Part shown: positions 50,535-59,421 of the stretch, piece after piece | Layout: each line of letters opens with the position of its first letter | Numbering within the stretch: position 1 is the first letter of the stretch | Source: an uncultured Gemmatimonadales bacterium | Lineage (GTDB): Bacteria; Gemmatimonadota; Gemmatimonadetes; Gemmatimonadales; GWC2-71-9 | DNA: 64,000 nucleotides | Direction of reading: 5' to 3' | Assembly (NCBI GenBank): GCA_963779755.1 | Contig: CAVZZO010000001.1 | Span: forward strand, 416,001 to 480,000 | The notes under the pieces: model-generated | What the model saw: the letters and a program-made list of their open reading frames with translations, nothing else | Databases searched by the model: none | Told to the model about the DNA's origin: nothing | Translations under genes and position numbers: made by a program

Positions 50535-53491
50535 GCCTGGAGCACCTTTCCACCGCCTTGGCCGGCCGCTACCGGATTGAGCGGGAACTGGGTGCCGGCG
50601 GGATGGCGACCGTCTACCTCGCGGCCGACCTCAAGCACCACCGCCAGGTCGCCATCAAGGTGATGCACGAGGAGCTCTCCGCGGCGATCGGGGGCGAGCG
50701 GTTCCTCCGTGAGATCACCACGATCGCCAGGCTGCAGCATCCGCACATCCTGCCGCTGATCGACTCCGACAGAGCCGGAGGCATGCTCTACTACGTGGCA
50801 CCCTATGTCCGCGGCGAGACCTTGCGGGAGCTGCTGACCAGGGAGGGCCGGCTCGCCCCCGACCGGGCCGCGGCGCTGGCCCTCGAGATCGCCGATGCCC
50901 TCGCCTATTCGCATCGCGAGGGCGTGGTGCATCGCGACATCAAGCCGGAGAACATCCTGCTCCAGGAAGGGCACGCCGTCCTCGCCGACTTCGGCGTGGC
51001 CCGCGCCCTGACCGCCGCCGGTGGGACCACCATGACGCAGGCGGGGTTTGCCGTGGGGACCCCGGCGTACATGAGCCCCGAACAGGCGACGGCGTCCCCG
51101 GTGATCGACGGGAAGGCGGACATCTACGCCCTGGGCTGTGTGCTGTTCGAGATGCTGGCCGGTCAGCCCCCGTTCACCGGCAGCAACCTCCAACAGGTTG
51201 TCGCCGCCCATGTCACCACCCCTGCGCCGGCGATCGGCAGTATCCGCGACGACACTCCGCCCGCCCTCGCCGACCTGGTGACGGCCTGTCTCGCCAAGGA
51301 TCCGACGGCCCGGCCGTCCGCCGCCGTGGTCGCCGAGCGGCTCAAGACCACCACGTCGGGCGTATCGGCTGCATCCCGCGCCGGTGGGCGGGGGCGCCTG
51401 ATCGCCCTCACGGGAGCCGCATTGGCACTCCTGGCTGCCGGCGGGTGGTGGGCCCTGGGACGCAAGGCCACCTCGTCGACATCCATCAGCGGCGACGCCT
51501 CCGAGATCGCGGTCATGCCCCTCTCGGCGATCTCCGACAGCTCGCTGGCGCGGCTGGGCCAGGATCTCGTGGTGACACTCAGCACCACGCTCGATGGCGT
51601 CGGCGAGTTGCACACCGTCGATGCGCCGACGCTGCTGCTCAACACCCGGGATGCCCCCTCGCCGCTCCCTCTCGACCGGGCTCGCGAGATCGCGACCCGC
51701 CTCGGCGCCGGCAGTGTCCTCACGGGAACGTTGATTCACGAATCGGGACAGGTGCGGGCGGCGGTCGCGCTCTATCGGGTCGGTGAGGACACCGCGATCG
51801 CCCGGGCCAGCACCCTGGCACTCGCGGAGGATATCTCGGCCCTCACGGACTCCCTCACGTGGCAGGTGCTCCGGCAGGTCTGGCGCGGCGGGGCACCGCC
51901 GTCGCCGGTGCTGGCCGGGCTCACCACCTCCTCGTTCGAGGCGCTGCGGCACTTCCTCGACGGCGAGCGACACTTCCAGCAGCTCGACGTGGACGCGGCG
52001 ATTGCCGAGTATCGCCGCGCGTTCGAGCTCGACTCCAACTTTGTCCAGGCCTACCTGCGCTACGATGCCGCGCGGACCTGGAGCCTTGAGAACGCCGACT
52101 CTGCCGCTCATGCCCGCCTGCTGGCCCTCGCCGGCCGGCTGCCGGACCGCGAGCGGCTCTGGCTCGAGGCTACCGAACAATCCGGGCCGCTGCCTGAGCG
52201 GGTGGCCCGCTGGCAGGAGCTGATCCGACGCTACCCCGACTATCCGCCGGTCCTGATGTCCGGCGTGGACGGCATCGTGCACTCCGGCCCGGTCTATGGA
52301 ATCGACCTGGCCGGGGCGCTCCCCGTGCTCGCGCGGCTGGCCCGGCTCACGCCAGACAATGCCGACGTCTGGATGCACAAGGGCGCCGTGGAGGAAGCAC
52401 TCGGGAAGTCGGCAGAGGCGGCGCAGTCCTTCCAGCGGGGAGCGACAGCCGCACACGGGTTCTTCGGAGAGTTGCTGGCGACCACGGCCGCGATCAGCCG
52501 CTCGCTCGCCACGCCCGGCCAGCCGTTGCCCGATGATTGGGGTAACGCGGCGGTCCGCGCCTATGCCGACCTGCCCGCCGGAAACCGCCAGTTGGTGCTC
52601 AGCGGCCTGCTGTCCTTCGTCGATGGTCGGATTCCCGAGCGACTGGCGCTGGTCGAGAAGGCACAGCGCGACGGGCGCTACCAGGGAGAGGTCCTGACGA
52701 GTTCGCGGTTTGGCGAGGGGGTGCTGCGCATCGCCCGGGGAGACTGGACCGGCGGAGTGGCGGCGCTCCGCCAATACGAGGCCGCCAACGGTTCGGTCAG
52801 CGACCGACTCAGCGCCGCACGCCTCGCGACCGTCGGCGCCTGGCTCGGGATGGTCGATCCGGCCGTGGCCGCTGCTGCCATCGGTCGCGTCAGGGCCATG
52901 CCCGATGTGGAGCAGCAGGCCACCGACCGGATCGAACTGCAGTGGCTCGCGGGACTGCTGGCGATCGTGACCGGCGATGCGCCGGCCGTGGAGCGCACCA
53001 GCGCGACCCTGCGCAAGGAATCCAATCCGGTCGCGGCTCATGCCGCGGCATCCCTCCGGGCCGAGTGGCTCGTCAAGGAGGGCGCCGAGGGCGCGGCGGA
53101 CTCCGTTCAGGCGGTCAGCGATGCCATGATGCGAGAGGGGAAGTATCTCTTCGTGGCGGAGGTCGTCAATCGTTTCGTGATCGCCCGCGCGCTGCGCAAT
53201 CGTGGGCAGCCCGCCGCGGTCGAGCGCTACCTGATGTGGACCGACGCGCAGGTCAACACGGCCAGGACCTGGAGCATCCGTTTCGCTCTCGGCCCACTGG
53301 CGCAATTCGAGCGTGGCATGGCACTGGAAGAGGCCGGCAATCACGCCGGCGCTGTATTGCAGCTCTCCCGCTTCCTGGCCACGGTTGACCCGTCAGCGAC
53401 CGGGCAGCAGACGATGATCACCGAGGCCAGGCGTGTGGTGTCGGAGCAGGTCGGCGCCGACAGTGCCCCGAAACAGGGACTCGCCCCGTGA
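50531..53491 (+). CDS. Array kinase 10: Ser/Thr kinase - TM - TolB-N-like - long helical/TPR region
   Basis: ATGA overlap at 50531; full kinase motifs; IAVMPL; TTSSFEALRHFLDG. Confidence 0.93.
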   Translation: MSLEHLSTALAGRYRIERELGAGGMATVYLAADLKHHRQVAIKVMHEELSAAIGGERFLREITTIARLQHPHILPLIDSDRAGGMLYYVAPYVRGETLRELLTREGRLAPDRAAALALEIADALAYSHREGVVHRDIKPENILLQEGHAVLADFGVARALTAAGGTTMTQAGFAVGTPAYMSPEQATASPVIDGKADIYALGCVLFEMLAGQPPFTGSNLQQVVAAHVTTPAPAIGSIRDDTPPALADLVTACLAKDPTARPSAAVVAERLKTTTSGVSAASRAGGRGRLIALTGAALALLAAGGWWALGRKATSSTSISGDASEIAVMPLSAISDSSLARLGQDLVVTLSTTLDGVGELHTVDAPTLLLNTRDAPSPLPLDRAREIATRLGAGSVLTGTLIHESGQVRAAVALYRVGEDTAIARASTLALAEDISALTDSLTWQVLRQVWRGGAPPSPVLAGLTTSSFEALRHFLDGERHFQQLDVDAAIAEYRRAFELDSNFVQAYLRYDAARTWSLENADSAAHARLLALAGRLPDRERLWLEATEQSGPLPERVARWQELIRRYPDYPPVLMSGVDGIVHSGPVYGIDLAGALPVLARLARLTPDNADVWMHKGAVEEALGKSAEAAQSFQRGATAAHGFFGELLATTAAISRSLATPGQPLPDDWGNAAVRAYADLPAGNRQLVLSGLLSFVDGRIPERLALVEKAQRDGRYQGEVLTSSRFGEGVLRIARGDWTGGVAALRQYEAANGSVSDRLSAARLATVGAWLGMVDPAVAAAAIGRVRAMPDVEQQATDRIELQWLAGLLAIVTGDAPAVERTSATLRKESNPVAAHAAASLRAEWLVKEGAEGAADSVQAVSDAMMREGKYLFVAEVVNRFVIARALRNRGQPAAVERYLMWTDAQVNTARTWSIRFALGPLAQFERGMALEEAGNHAGAVLQLSRFLATVDPSATGQQTMITEARRVVSEQVGADSAPKQGLAP

Positions 53492-53611
53492 CCCTCGGCA
53501 CGGCGGCATCATCTACCGGAAGGGCCGAAGGCCACCTCGGTGAACTATCTTCGGGTGATGCCGGATTGGATCGCGAAAATGAAGCGGCTGGCCGACGAGG
53601 CAAACCGGTGA
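53488..53611 (+). pseudogene. Scar of a deleted 11th array kinase gene
   Basis: GTGACCCTCG head, then HGGIIYRKG/PKATSVNYLRVMPDWIAKMKRLADEANR*, homologous to the end of kinase 9. Confidence 0.75.
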
Positions 53612-54612
53612 AGCACCTACTGCAGCGAGCGCTCCTGGCGCTCGCGACCGTCATGATCCCCGCTGCCGTGACGGCCCAGACAGCCATGTCCGGCAACCCC
53701 GTCCTGCCGGGCTGGTACGCCGATCCCGAGGCCCACGTCTTCGCCGGTGAGTACTGGATCTATCCCACCACCTCGGACCGTTACGACAAGCAGGTGTACC
53801 TCGACGCCTTTTCCTCGCCCGATCTGATCACCTGGACGAAGCATTCCCACGTGCTTGATACCGCCAATGTGAAGTGGGCGCACCGCGCGATGTGGGCGCC
53901 GTCCATCGTGGAGAAGGACGGCTGGTACTATCTCTTCTTTGGCGCCAACGACATCCAGAACGACAGTACCCTGGGCGGTATCGGCGTGGCGCGGAGTCGT
54001 TCCCCCGGCGGGCCGTTCACCGACTGGCTGGGCCATCCGCTGATCGACAAATTCCATAACGGCGCCCAGCCCATCGACCAGATGGTCTTCCGGGACGTGG
54101 ACGGCAGCTATTACATCGTCTATGGCGGCTGGGGACACTGCAATATCGCCCACCTCAACGCCGACTTCACCGGCTTCGTTCCGTTCGCCGACGGCACCAG
54201 GTTCAGGGAAATCACGCCCAACGGGTATGTCGAGGGCGCCTTCATGCTGATCCGTGGCGGCAAGTACTACTTCATGTGGTCGGAGGGCGGCTGGACGGGG
54301 CCCGACTACGCCGTGGCCTATGCCATCGGTACCTCGCCCTTCGGGCCGTTCGAGCGGGTGGGCAAGATCCTGCAGCAGGATTCCACCGTGGCTACCGGTG
54401 CCGGGCACCATTCGGTGCTGCACGCCCCGGGTTCGCCGCACTGGTACATCGTCTATCATCGCCGCCCGCTGGGGGAGACCGATCGTGATCATCGGGCGGT
54501 GAGTATTGAAGAGCTGCATTTTGATTCGGCGGGCCGGATCCTGCCGGTGAGGATCACGTTCACCGGGGTGGCGGCCGATCCGTTACACGCGGCTCCACAC
54601 GGCGGACGCTGA
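53608..54612 (+). CDS. Exported glycoside hydrolase family 43
   Basis: Signal peptide from GTG 53608; NPVLPGWYADP, WAPS, QPID, VEG, GHHS motifs; the frame is also open from 53488. Confidence 0.92.
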   Translation: MKHLLQRALLALATVMIPAAVTAQTAMSGNPVLPGWYADPEAHVFAGEYWIYPTTSDRYDKQVYLDAFSSPDLITWTKHSHVLDTANVKWAHRAMWAPSIVEKDGWYYLFFGANDIQNDSTLGGIGVARSRSPGGPFTDWLGHPLIDKFHNGAQPIDQMVFRDVDGSYYIVYGGWGHCNIAHLNADFTGFVPFADGTRFREITPNGYVEGAFMLIRGGKYYFMWSEGGWTGPDYAVAYAIGTSPFGPFERVGKILQQDSTVATGAGHHSVLHAPGSPHWYIVYHRRPLGETDRDHRAVSIEELHFDSAGRILPVRITFTGVAADPLHAAPHGGR

Positions 54613-54633
54613 CGTCTTGTGCCTTGCCCCGCC

Positions 54634-54657
54634 CCCCCTCCCTACACCGGGAGGGGG
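54634..54657. other. GC-rich hairpin between convergent genes (possible terminator or REP relative)
   Basis: CCCCCTCCC-TACACC-GGGAGGGGG followed by ACCCGGGG, resembling the intragenic kinase hairpins. Confidence 0.55.
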
Positions 54658-54703
54658 ACCCGGGGCCGATTCAGCCGCGACGTGGGGCCATCCTTCCAGC
54701 AGG

Positions 54704-56005
54704 TCACATCGCGTGCTCGCAGTGCATCTCCGCATGCTGCGGCATTTCGCCGGCACGCACCACTTCGAAGTTCGCCATCATCCCCAGAGCATGGTGCTCC
54801 AGGATGTGGCAGTGATACATCCACATCCCCGGCCGGTCGTCCGGCATCCAGACGATGCGTGCCGTGGCCCGGGGCGGCAGGTTGATGGTGTCCTCCCAGG
54901 AGCGGTAGGCGGGGGGCTCGCCGTTGATCGAGAGCACCTGGAAGAAGAACCCGTGCAGGTGGAAGGGGTGGTCCATCATGGTGGTATTGACCACATCCCA
55001 CACCTGCAGCTCGCCCACCGTGACCGGCGCGTCGTGATGGTGCCGTTCGCCGTTCACCCGGAAATCGAGCCCCTGCCGCCAGTTGAGACCGGCGCCCAGC
55101 TTCACCGTCCGGGTCGGGGCGGCAGACGCGGGGGCGAGCGGCGCGATGGTACTCAGACGCTGCGGAATGGCCGCCCGGGAGGGCCGTGCTGCTCCCACGC
55201 GCAGCGTGGCGAAGCGTTCGGTCCCCCGCTTCTTCATGGTGAACCGGTTATAGGCCAGCGCCTCGACCGGCAGCACCTGGCCCTCGGCGAACGGGCCGGC
55301 CAGCAGCTCCACCCGGTCGCCGGGAGGCAGCAGGATTTCGTTTGCTTCCACCGGCTGCTCCAGGAGACCGCCACCGCCGGCGATGATCCGGAAAGGCAGG
55401 CCCCCGATCGACAGGCGGATGTAGCGGGCGCTGGAGGCGTTCACGATCCGCCACCGTTCGACCTGCCCGGCCGCCATCGTCAGCTCCGGCTCGGCCACGC
55501 CGTTCACCAGCCGGATGTCGCCCTCCCGGCCGTCGTGCCGTTCCCGGAAGCCGCCGAACTTGGCGAAACGGCCCTTCCAGTCCAGTCGCACGTCGTCCAG
55601 TACCAGAACCCGATCGGCATCCACCACGGGCTCGGCCGGGCCGCGCACCACGATCGCCCCGTAGAGGCCCTTCTCCAGCTGCACCGTCTCGTTGGAGTGC
55701 GAGTGATACCAGAAGGTGCCGGCATCGGGCAGCTCGAAGCGATATTCGAAGGTTTCGCCCGGCTGGACCGGACGCTGGGTCATCTGGGTGCCGTCCATCG
55801 CCGAGGGAACCCGCAGACCATGCCAGTGGATGGTGGTGGGCTCGGGCAGACGGTTGGTCAGCCGCACGACCAGAGTGTCACCCTGCTCGGCTTCGATCAC
55901 CGGACCCGGGACCTGGCCGTTATAGCCCCAGCCGGTCACCTGCACTCCGGGTGCCACGGCCCAGTCAGTCTCCCGGGCTTCCAAGTCCATTGATACGATA
56001 CGCAT
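54704..56005 (-). CDS. Multicopper oxidase (three cupredoxin domains), no obvious export signal
   Basis: HWHG, WYHSH, HPFHLHG, HCHILEH...M copper motifs; AAGGAG SD upstream of ATG 56005. Confidence 0.95.
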   Translation of the reverse strand: MRIVSMDLEARETDWAVAPGVQVTGWGYNGQVPGPVIEAEQGDTLVVRLTNRLPEPTTIHWHGLRVPSAMDGTQMTQRPVQPGETFEYRFELPDAGTFWYHSHSNETVQLEKGLYGAIVVRGPAEPVVDADRVLVLDDVRLDWKGRFAKFGGFRERHDGREGDIRLVNGVAEPELTMAAGQVERWRIVNASSARYIRLSIGGLPFRIIAGGGGLLEQPVEANEILLPPGDRVELLAGPFAEGQVLPVEALAYNRFTMKKRGTERFATLRVGAARPSRAAIPQRLSTIAPLAPASAAPTRTVKLGAGLNWRQGLDFRVNGERHHHDAPVTVGELQVWDVVNTTMMDHPFHLHGFFFQVLSINGEPPAYRSWEDTINLPPRATARIVWMPDDRPGMWMYHCHILEHHALGMMANFEVVRAGEMPQHAEMHCEHAM

Positions 56006-56052
56006 CGTCGTCTCCTTGCAGTGCCGGTTGGGGGCGGTCAGCGATAGATGGC

Positions 56053-56074
56053 GGGGCCGCCATCCGGCGGCCCC
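56053..56074. other. 9-bp stem hairpin between the Cys-rich peptide and the oxidase
   Basis: GGGGCCGCC-ATCC-GGCGGCCCC; no U-tract. Confidence 0.6.
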
Positions 56075-56081
56075 TGGTACG

Positions 56082-56153
56082 TCAGGCCGCGCAGGCGCAG
56101 GACGGCTGGCAATTGCAGTGCTGGCAGCACCGGCACTTCGCCTGGTCGGTCAT
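56082..56153 (-). CDS. 23-aa Cys-rich metallothionein-like peptide
   Basis: MTDQAKCRCCQHCNCQPSCACAA*; 7 Cys + 1 His; strong SD AGGAAGGAG 7 nt before ATG. Confidence 0.78.
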   Translation of the reverse strand: MTDQAKCRCCQHCNCQPSCACAA

Positions 56154-56203
56154 TGTGTTGCTCCTTCCTGAGTGAGTATTGGACGGTCCTTCCTGACGCG
56201 GCC

Positions 56204-56240
56204 ATGATAGCCCGGGAGGACGGGAGGAGCTTGAACGAAA
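56204..56240 (-). promoter_or_regulatory. Candidate activator-dependent promoter for the peptide/oxidase operon
   Basis: On the minus strand TTTCGTTCAAG, 20 nt, TATCAT; lies between the peptide and the divergent AraC gene. Confidence 0.4.
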
Positions 56241-56307
56241 GGGCTGTCTTTCCGCCGACGCGCTAACTGCCGATATTGTCACGGGTTTCAGGCCAGGGAG
56301 GTCGCCG

Positions 56308-57066
56308 TTGACGATTGCAGGACGCGGGGCGGTACACCTCTGGCCGGGGGGGACGCTGTGGATCGGAACGGCCTTCCGCCCCACTGATCCGCACGAGCAT
56401 CACGCCATCCAGATCTCGCTCGGCGGACCGGGCACCATTCAGTTCCGCCTGGGCCACGAGTCCACACCGCGGGTCTACCCGGGATGCATCATCGCCCCCG
56501 ACCGGCGGCACGCATTTCACGGCGACGGTAACCTCTTTGTCCATATCTGGATCGAGCCGGAATCGGCGGAGGGGCGGCGACTGCTGGGACGCCTGGGTGG
56601 CCGGGAGATCATGGATGCCCCGGCCGAGGTCAGGGAGGCTGCCCGCGCACTCTTTCCCGCCTGGGAGCGGCGGGCGACGGGCGAGGAGCTGATGGCCATG
56701 GCCCGGGCGGTGATCGGTGCCGCCGCCGGAGGCGAGCCGCCGGTGCCGGCCACCGATCCGCGCATTCTGCTGGCCATCCGGCTGATTCGATCCCGATTGT
56801 CGGGTCAGGTACGGCAACAGGATCTCGCGGCGGCCGTCAACCTGTCTCCCGGCCGGTTCCGTCATCTCTTCGTGCAGGAAACCGGTATGAGCTTCCGGAG
56901 CTTCGTGCTCTGGCAGCGGCTGCACCATGTCTTCGCGGCGATCGGCCCGGGCGGCCCGTCGCTCACCCAGGTGGCGCACGACGCCGGCTTCGCCGACGCG
57001 GCCCACATGACGCGGACCTTCAAGCGCATGCTGGGGCTGGCACCGAGCCAGCTGGCACCGGTGTAG
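56308..57066 (+). CDS. AraC-family transcriptional regulator
   Basis: GGGAGG SD + TTG; cupin-like N-terminus (HEHHAIQ); LAAAVNLSPGRFRHLF...GFADAAHMTRTFKR double HTH. Confidence 0.93.
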   Translation: MTIAGRGAVHLWPGGTLWIGTAFRPTDPHEHHAIQISLGGPGTIQFRLGHESTPRVYPGCIIAPDRRHAFHGDGNLFVHIWIEPESAEGRRLLGRLGGREIMDAPAEVREAARALFPAWERRATGEELMAMARAVIGAAAGGEPPVPATDPRILLAIRLIRSRLSGQVRQQDLAAAVNLSPGRFRHLFVQETGMSFRSFVLWQRLHHVFAAIGPGGPSLTQVAHDAGFADAAHMTRTFKRMLGLAPSQLAPV

Positions 57067-57177
57067 CGTCAGGCGGCCCCCTCCTTGGCTGGGGGGTGCC
57101 TTCGCCCCATCTTAGAAGGACGCTGCAGTCCCCAGCCTCTGATCCGAAGCGATTGCCTGGGCGGCCAACGACGCTAC

Positions 57178-57389
57178 CTTGCCGTCTTGCCGTCTTGCCG
57201 TCTTGCCGTCTTGCCGTCTTGCCGTCTTGCCGTCTTGCCGTCTTGCCGTCTTGCCGTCTTGCCGTCTTGCCGTCTTGCCGTCTTGCCGTCTTGCCGTCTT
57301 GCCGTCTTGCCGTCTTGCCGTCTTGCCGTCTTGCCGTCTTGCCGTCTTGCCGTCTTGCCGTCTTGCCGTCTTGCCGTCTTGCCGTCTTG
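57178..57389. repeat. Perfect octamer tandem repeat (CTTGCCGT)x26.5
   Basis: 26 exact units 57178-57385 plus CTTG. Confidence 0.97.
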
Positions 57390-57399
57390 AGGATCCTCC

Positions 57400-57595
57400 A
57401 TGGCCGATGTCCTGACCAGGCAGCCCCCACCGGCTCTTCCACACGGATGCCGCAACCGGCGTCGACTACGCGCGGTACGCTGTGGCGGCCGACGGACGAT
57501 TTCTCATGGTGGGTCAGGGTGAGGGCGCAGCACGCCCCGCGCTGGTGCGGGTGGAAGGGTTCGTGAAGGACCTGCTGGAGCGGCCAGGCAGGTAG
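57400..57595 (+). pseudogene. Internally deleted kinase-propeller gene (head MADVLTR + out-of-frame tail)
   Basis: Tail GSPHRLFHTDAATGVDYARYAVAADGRFLMVGQG...* matches the end of gene 15904. Confidence 0.85.
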
Positions 57596-57661
57596 CTGGC
57601 GCCTTCCGCCGCGATGCCAGCACCTTCGGGTCTTGCCGGCTTGCCGTCCTGAGGAGCTCAT

Positions 57662-59143
57662 ATGAGTGATGTCCTGACCAGTCTCCAAGCCGCCCTGGCC
57701 GACCGCTACCAGCTGGAACAGCAGCTGGGCGAAGGGGGTATGGCCGCGGTCTATCTGGCCGATGACCTGAAGCACGGCCGCAAGGTGGCCATCAAGGTGC
57801 TGCGGCCCGAACTCTCGGCCATCATCGGGGCCGAGCGCTTCATCCGCGAGATCCGGACCATCGCGGCGCTGCAGCATCCCCACATCCTGGGGCTGATCGA
57901 CTCGGGCGAAGTGCAGGGCACGGCGTATTACGTCATGCCCTATGTGGAGGGTGAGTCCCTGCGGGACCGGCTCAACCGGGAGAAGCAGCTGCCGGTAGCG
58001 GAGGCGGTGCGGATCGCCACGGAAGTAGCGGGGGCGCTGGACTACGCCCACCGGCACGGAATCATCCACCGGGATATCAAGCCCGAGAACGTGATGTTGC
58101 ACGACGGCAGCGCGCTGGTGGCGGACTTCGGGATCGCGCTGGCGGTCTCCAGCGCGGGCGGGACCCGGATGACGGAGACGGGGATGAGCCTGGGGACGCC
58201 GCACTACATGTCTCCTGAGCAGGCGATGGGAGAGCGGGAGATCACGGCACGGAGCGATGTGTACGCCCTGGGGGCGATGACCTACGAGATGCTGGTGGGG
58301 GATCCGCCGTTTACCGGGAGCACGGCGCAGGCGATCGTGGCGAAGGTGGTGACGGAGACGCCGCGGCCGATGCTGCCACAGCGGCATACCATCCCGCCCC
58401 ACGTCGAAGCGGCGGTGCTGACAGCGCTGGAGAAGCTCCCGGCGGATCGCTTCGCCAGCGCGGCGGAATTCAGCGAGGCGCTGAACCGGCCGGGGCTGGC
58501 ACCCGCCACGACCAGAGCAATTTCAGCTGGCGGGCGTGCAGCTCCACCAGGCGCTCGCGCCTGCGGGATCCCCTGTTCATCGCGGTGGCTGCGGTGGCGG
58601 TGCTGGCGCTTGCCGGTGTGGCAGTGCTGCTCCGGCCCAGGCCGGCTCCGGCGGTAGTGCCTCCGATCCGGTTCGTGCTCACCACCACCGACAGCACCAG
58701 ACCGGCTCGCAGTTTCCCCTGGCCCGCGGCCATCTCGCCCGACGGCGGAACCGTGGTCTACAGCGTCTCCCCCGTGAACTCCAGCGGCGCTTTCCTTACG
58801 GCCCGGCTGTACTTCGTGCGCACCAACCAGCTCCAGGCACGGGAGATTCCCGGGACCCTCGGGGCGGCCCAGCCGTACTTCTCGCCCGACGGGCAGTGGG
58901 TGGGATTTGAAGCGCAGGGTAAGGAGCGTAAGGTCAGGCTCGACGGCAGCGCGCCGGTGACGATCGCCGAGGCCGGCGCCTATAATGGCGTCGACTGGAC
59001 CGTCAACAACGAGATTCTCCTGGGAACCTGGGGGCCATTTGCCGGTCTCTCCCAGGTGAGCGCTGCCGGCGGAACGCCGGCCGCCCTGACCCAGGTGGAC
59101 ACCACCAGGGGAGAGCGGAGTCATCTCTGGCCGCTCAGCACCC
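57662..59143 (+). pseudogene. Frameshifted and truncated Ser/Thr kinase - TM - propeller gene, near-duplicate of 62186
   Basis: Intact kinase domain; one C missing at about 58544 relative to the paralog; homology ends at HLWPLST. Confidence 0.88.
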
Positions 59144-59421
59144 AAGGTGCTGCGGCCGGAGTTGGCGTCGGTCCTTGGCCCCGCCCGGTTCCTGGCCGAG
59201 ATCAAGACCACGGCCAGCCTGCAGCACCCGCACATCCTCCCCCTGCATGATTCGGGTGAAGTGAACGGTACCGTGTTCTACGTCATGCCCTTTGTGGAAG
59301 GCCGATTCCGATGGCCAGGCTGGATGACCCCGCGCTGGTGGCCGAGCGCCACACCTTCGCGGTCGGCGCGGGCCGTTTCTTCTTCAGTCTCTACGACCGG
59401 CAGAGTGATATCTGGACAGGC
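59144..59421 (+). pseudogene. Fused fragments of further kinase gene(s): kinase N-lobe piece plus sensor C-terminus
   Basis: KVLRPEL...YVMPFVEG (59144-59302), then in another frame RLDDPALVAERHTFAVGAGRFFFSLYDRQSDIW, like the end of gene 13036. Confidence 0.8.

Noticed and set aside
26771..53491. Diversity-generating retroelement or shufflon/integron explanation for the array
   Set aside because: No reverse transcriptase, recombinase or integrase in the window, no adenine-specific TR/VR pair noticed, and no intergenic space for attC-like sites.
26771..53491. Polymorphic toxin-immunity locus
   Set aside because: No small immunity genes between cassettes and no secretion domains; variable parts are binding-type folds, and the conserved part is the enzyme.
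57178..57389. Possible CRISPR array or coding repeat (LAVLPSCR / RQDGKTAR ORFs)
   Set aside because: Uninterrupted 8-nt tandem units with no spacers and no cas genes; the ORFs are stop-free artefacts of the repeat.
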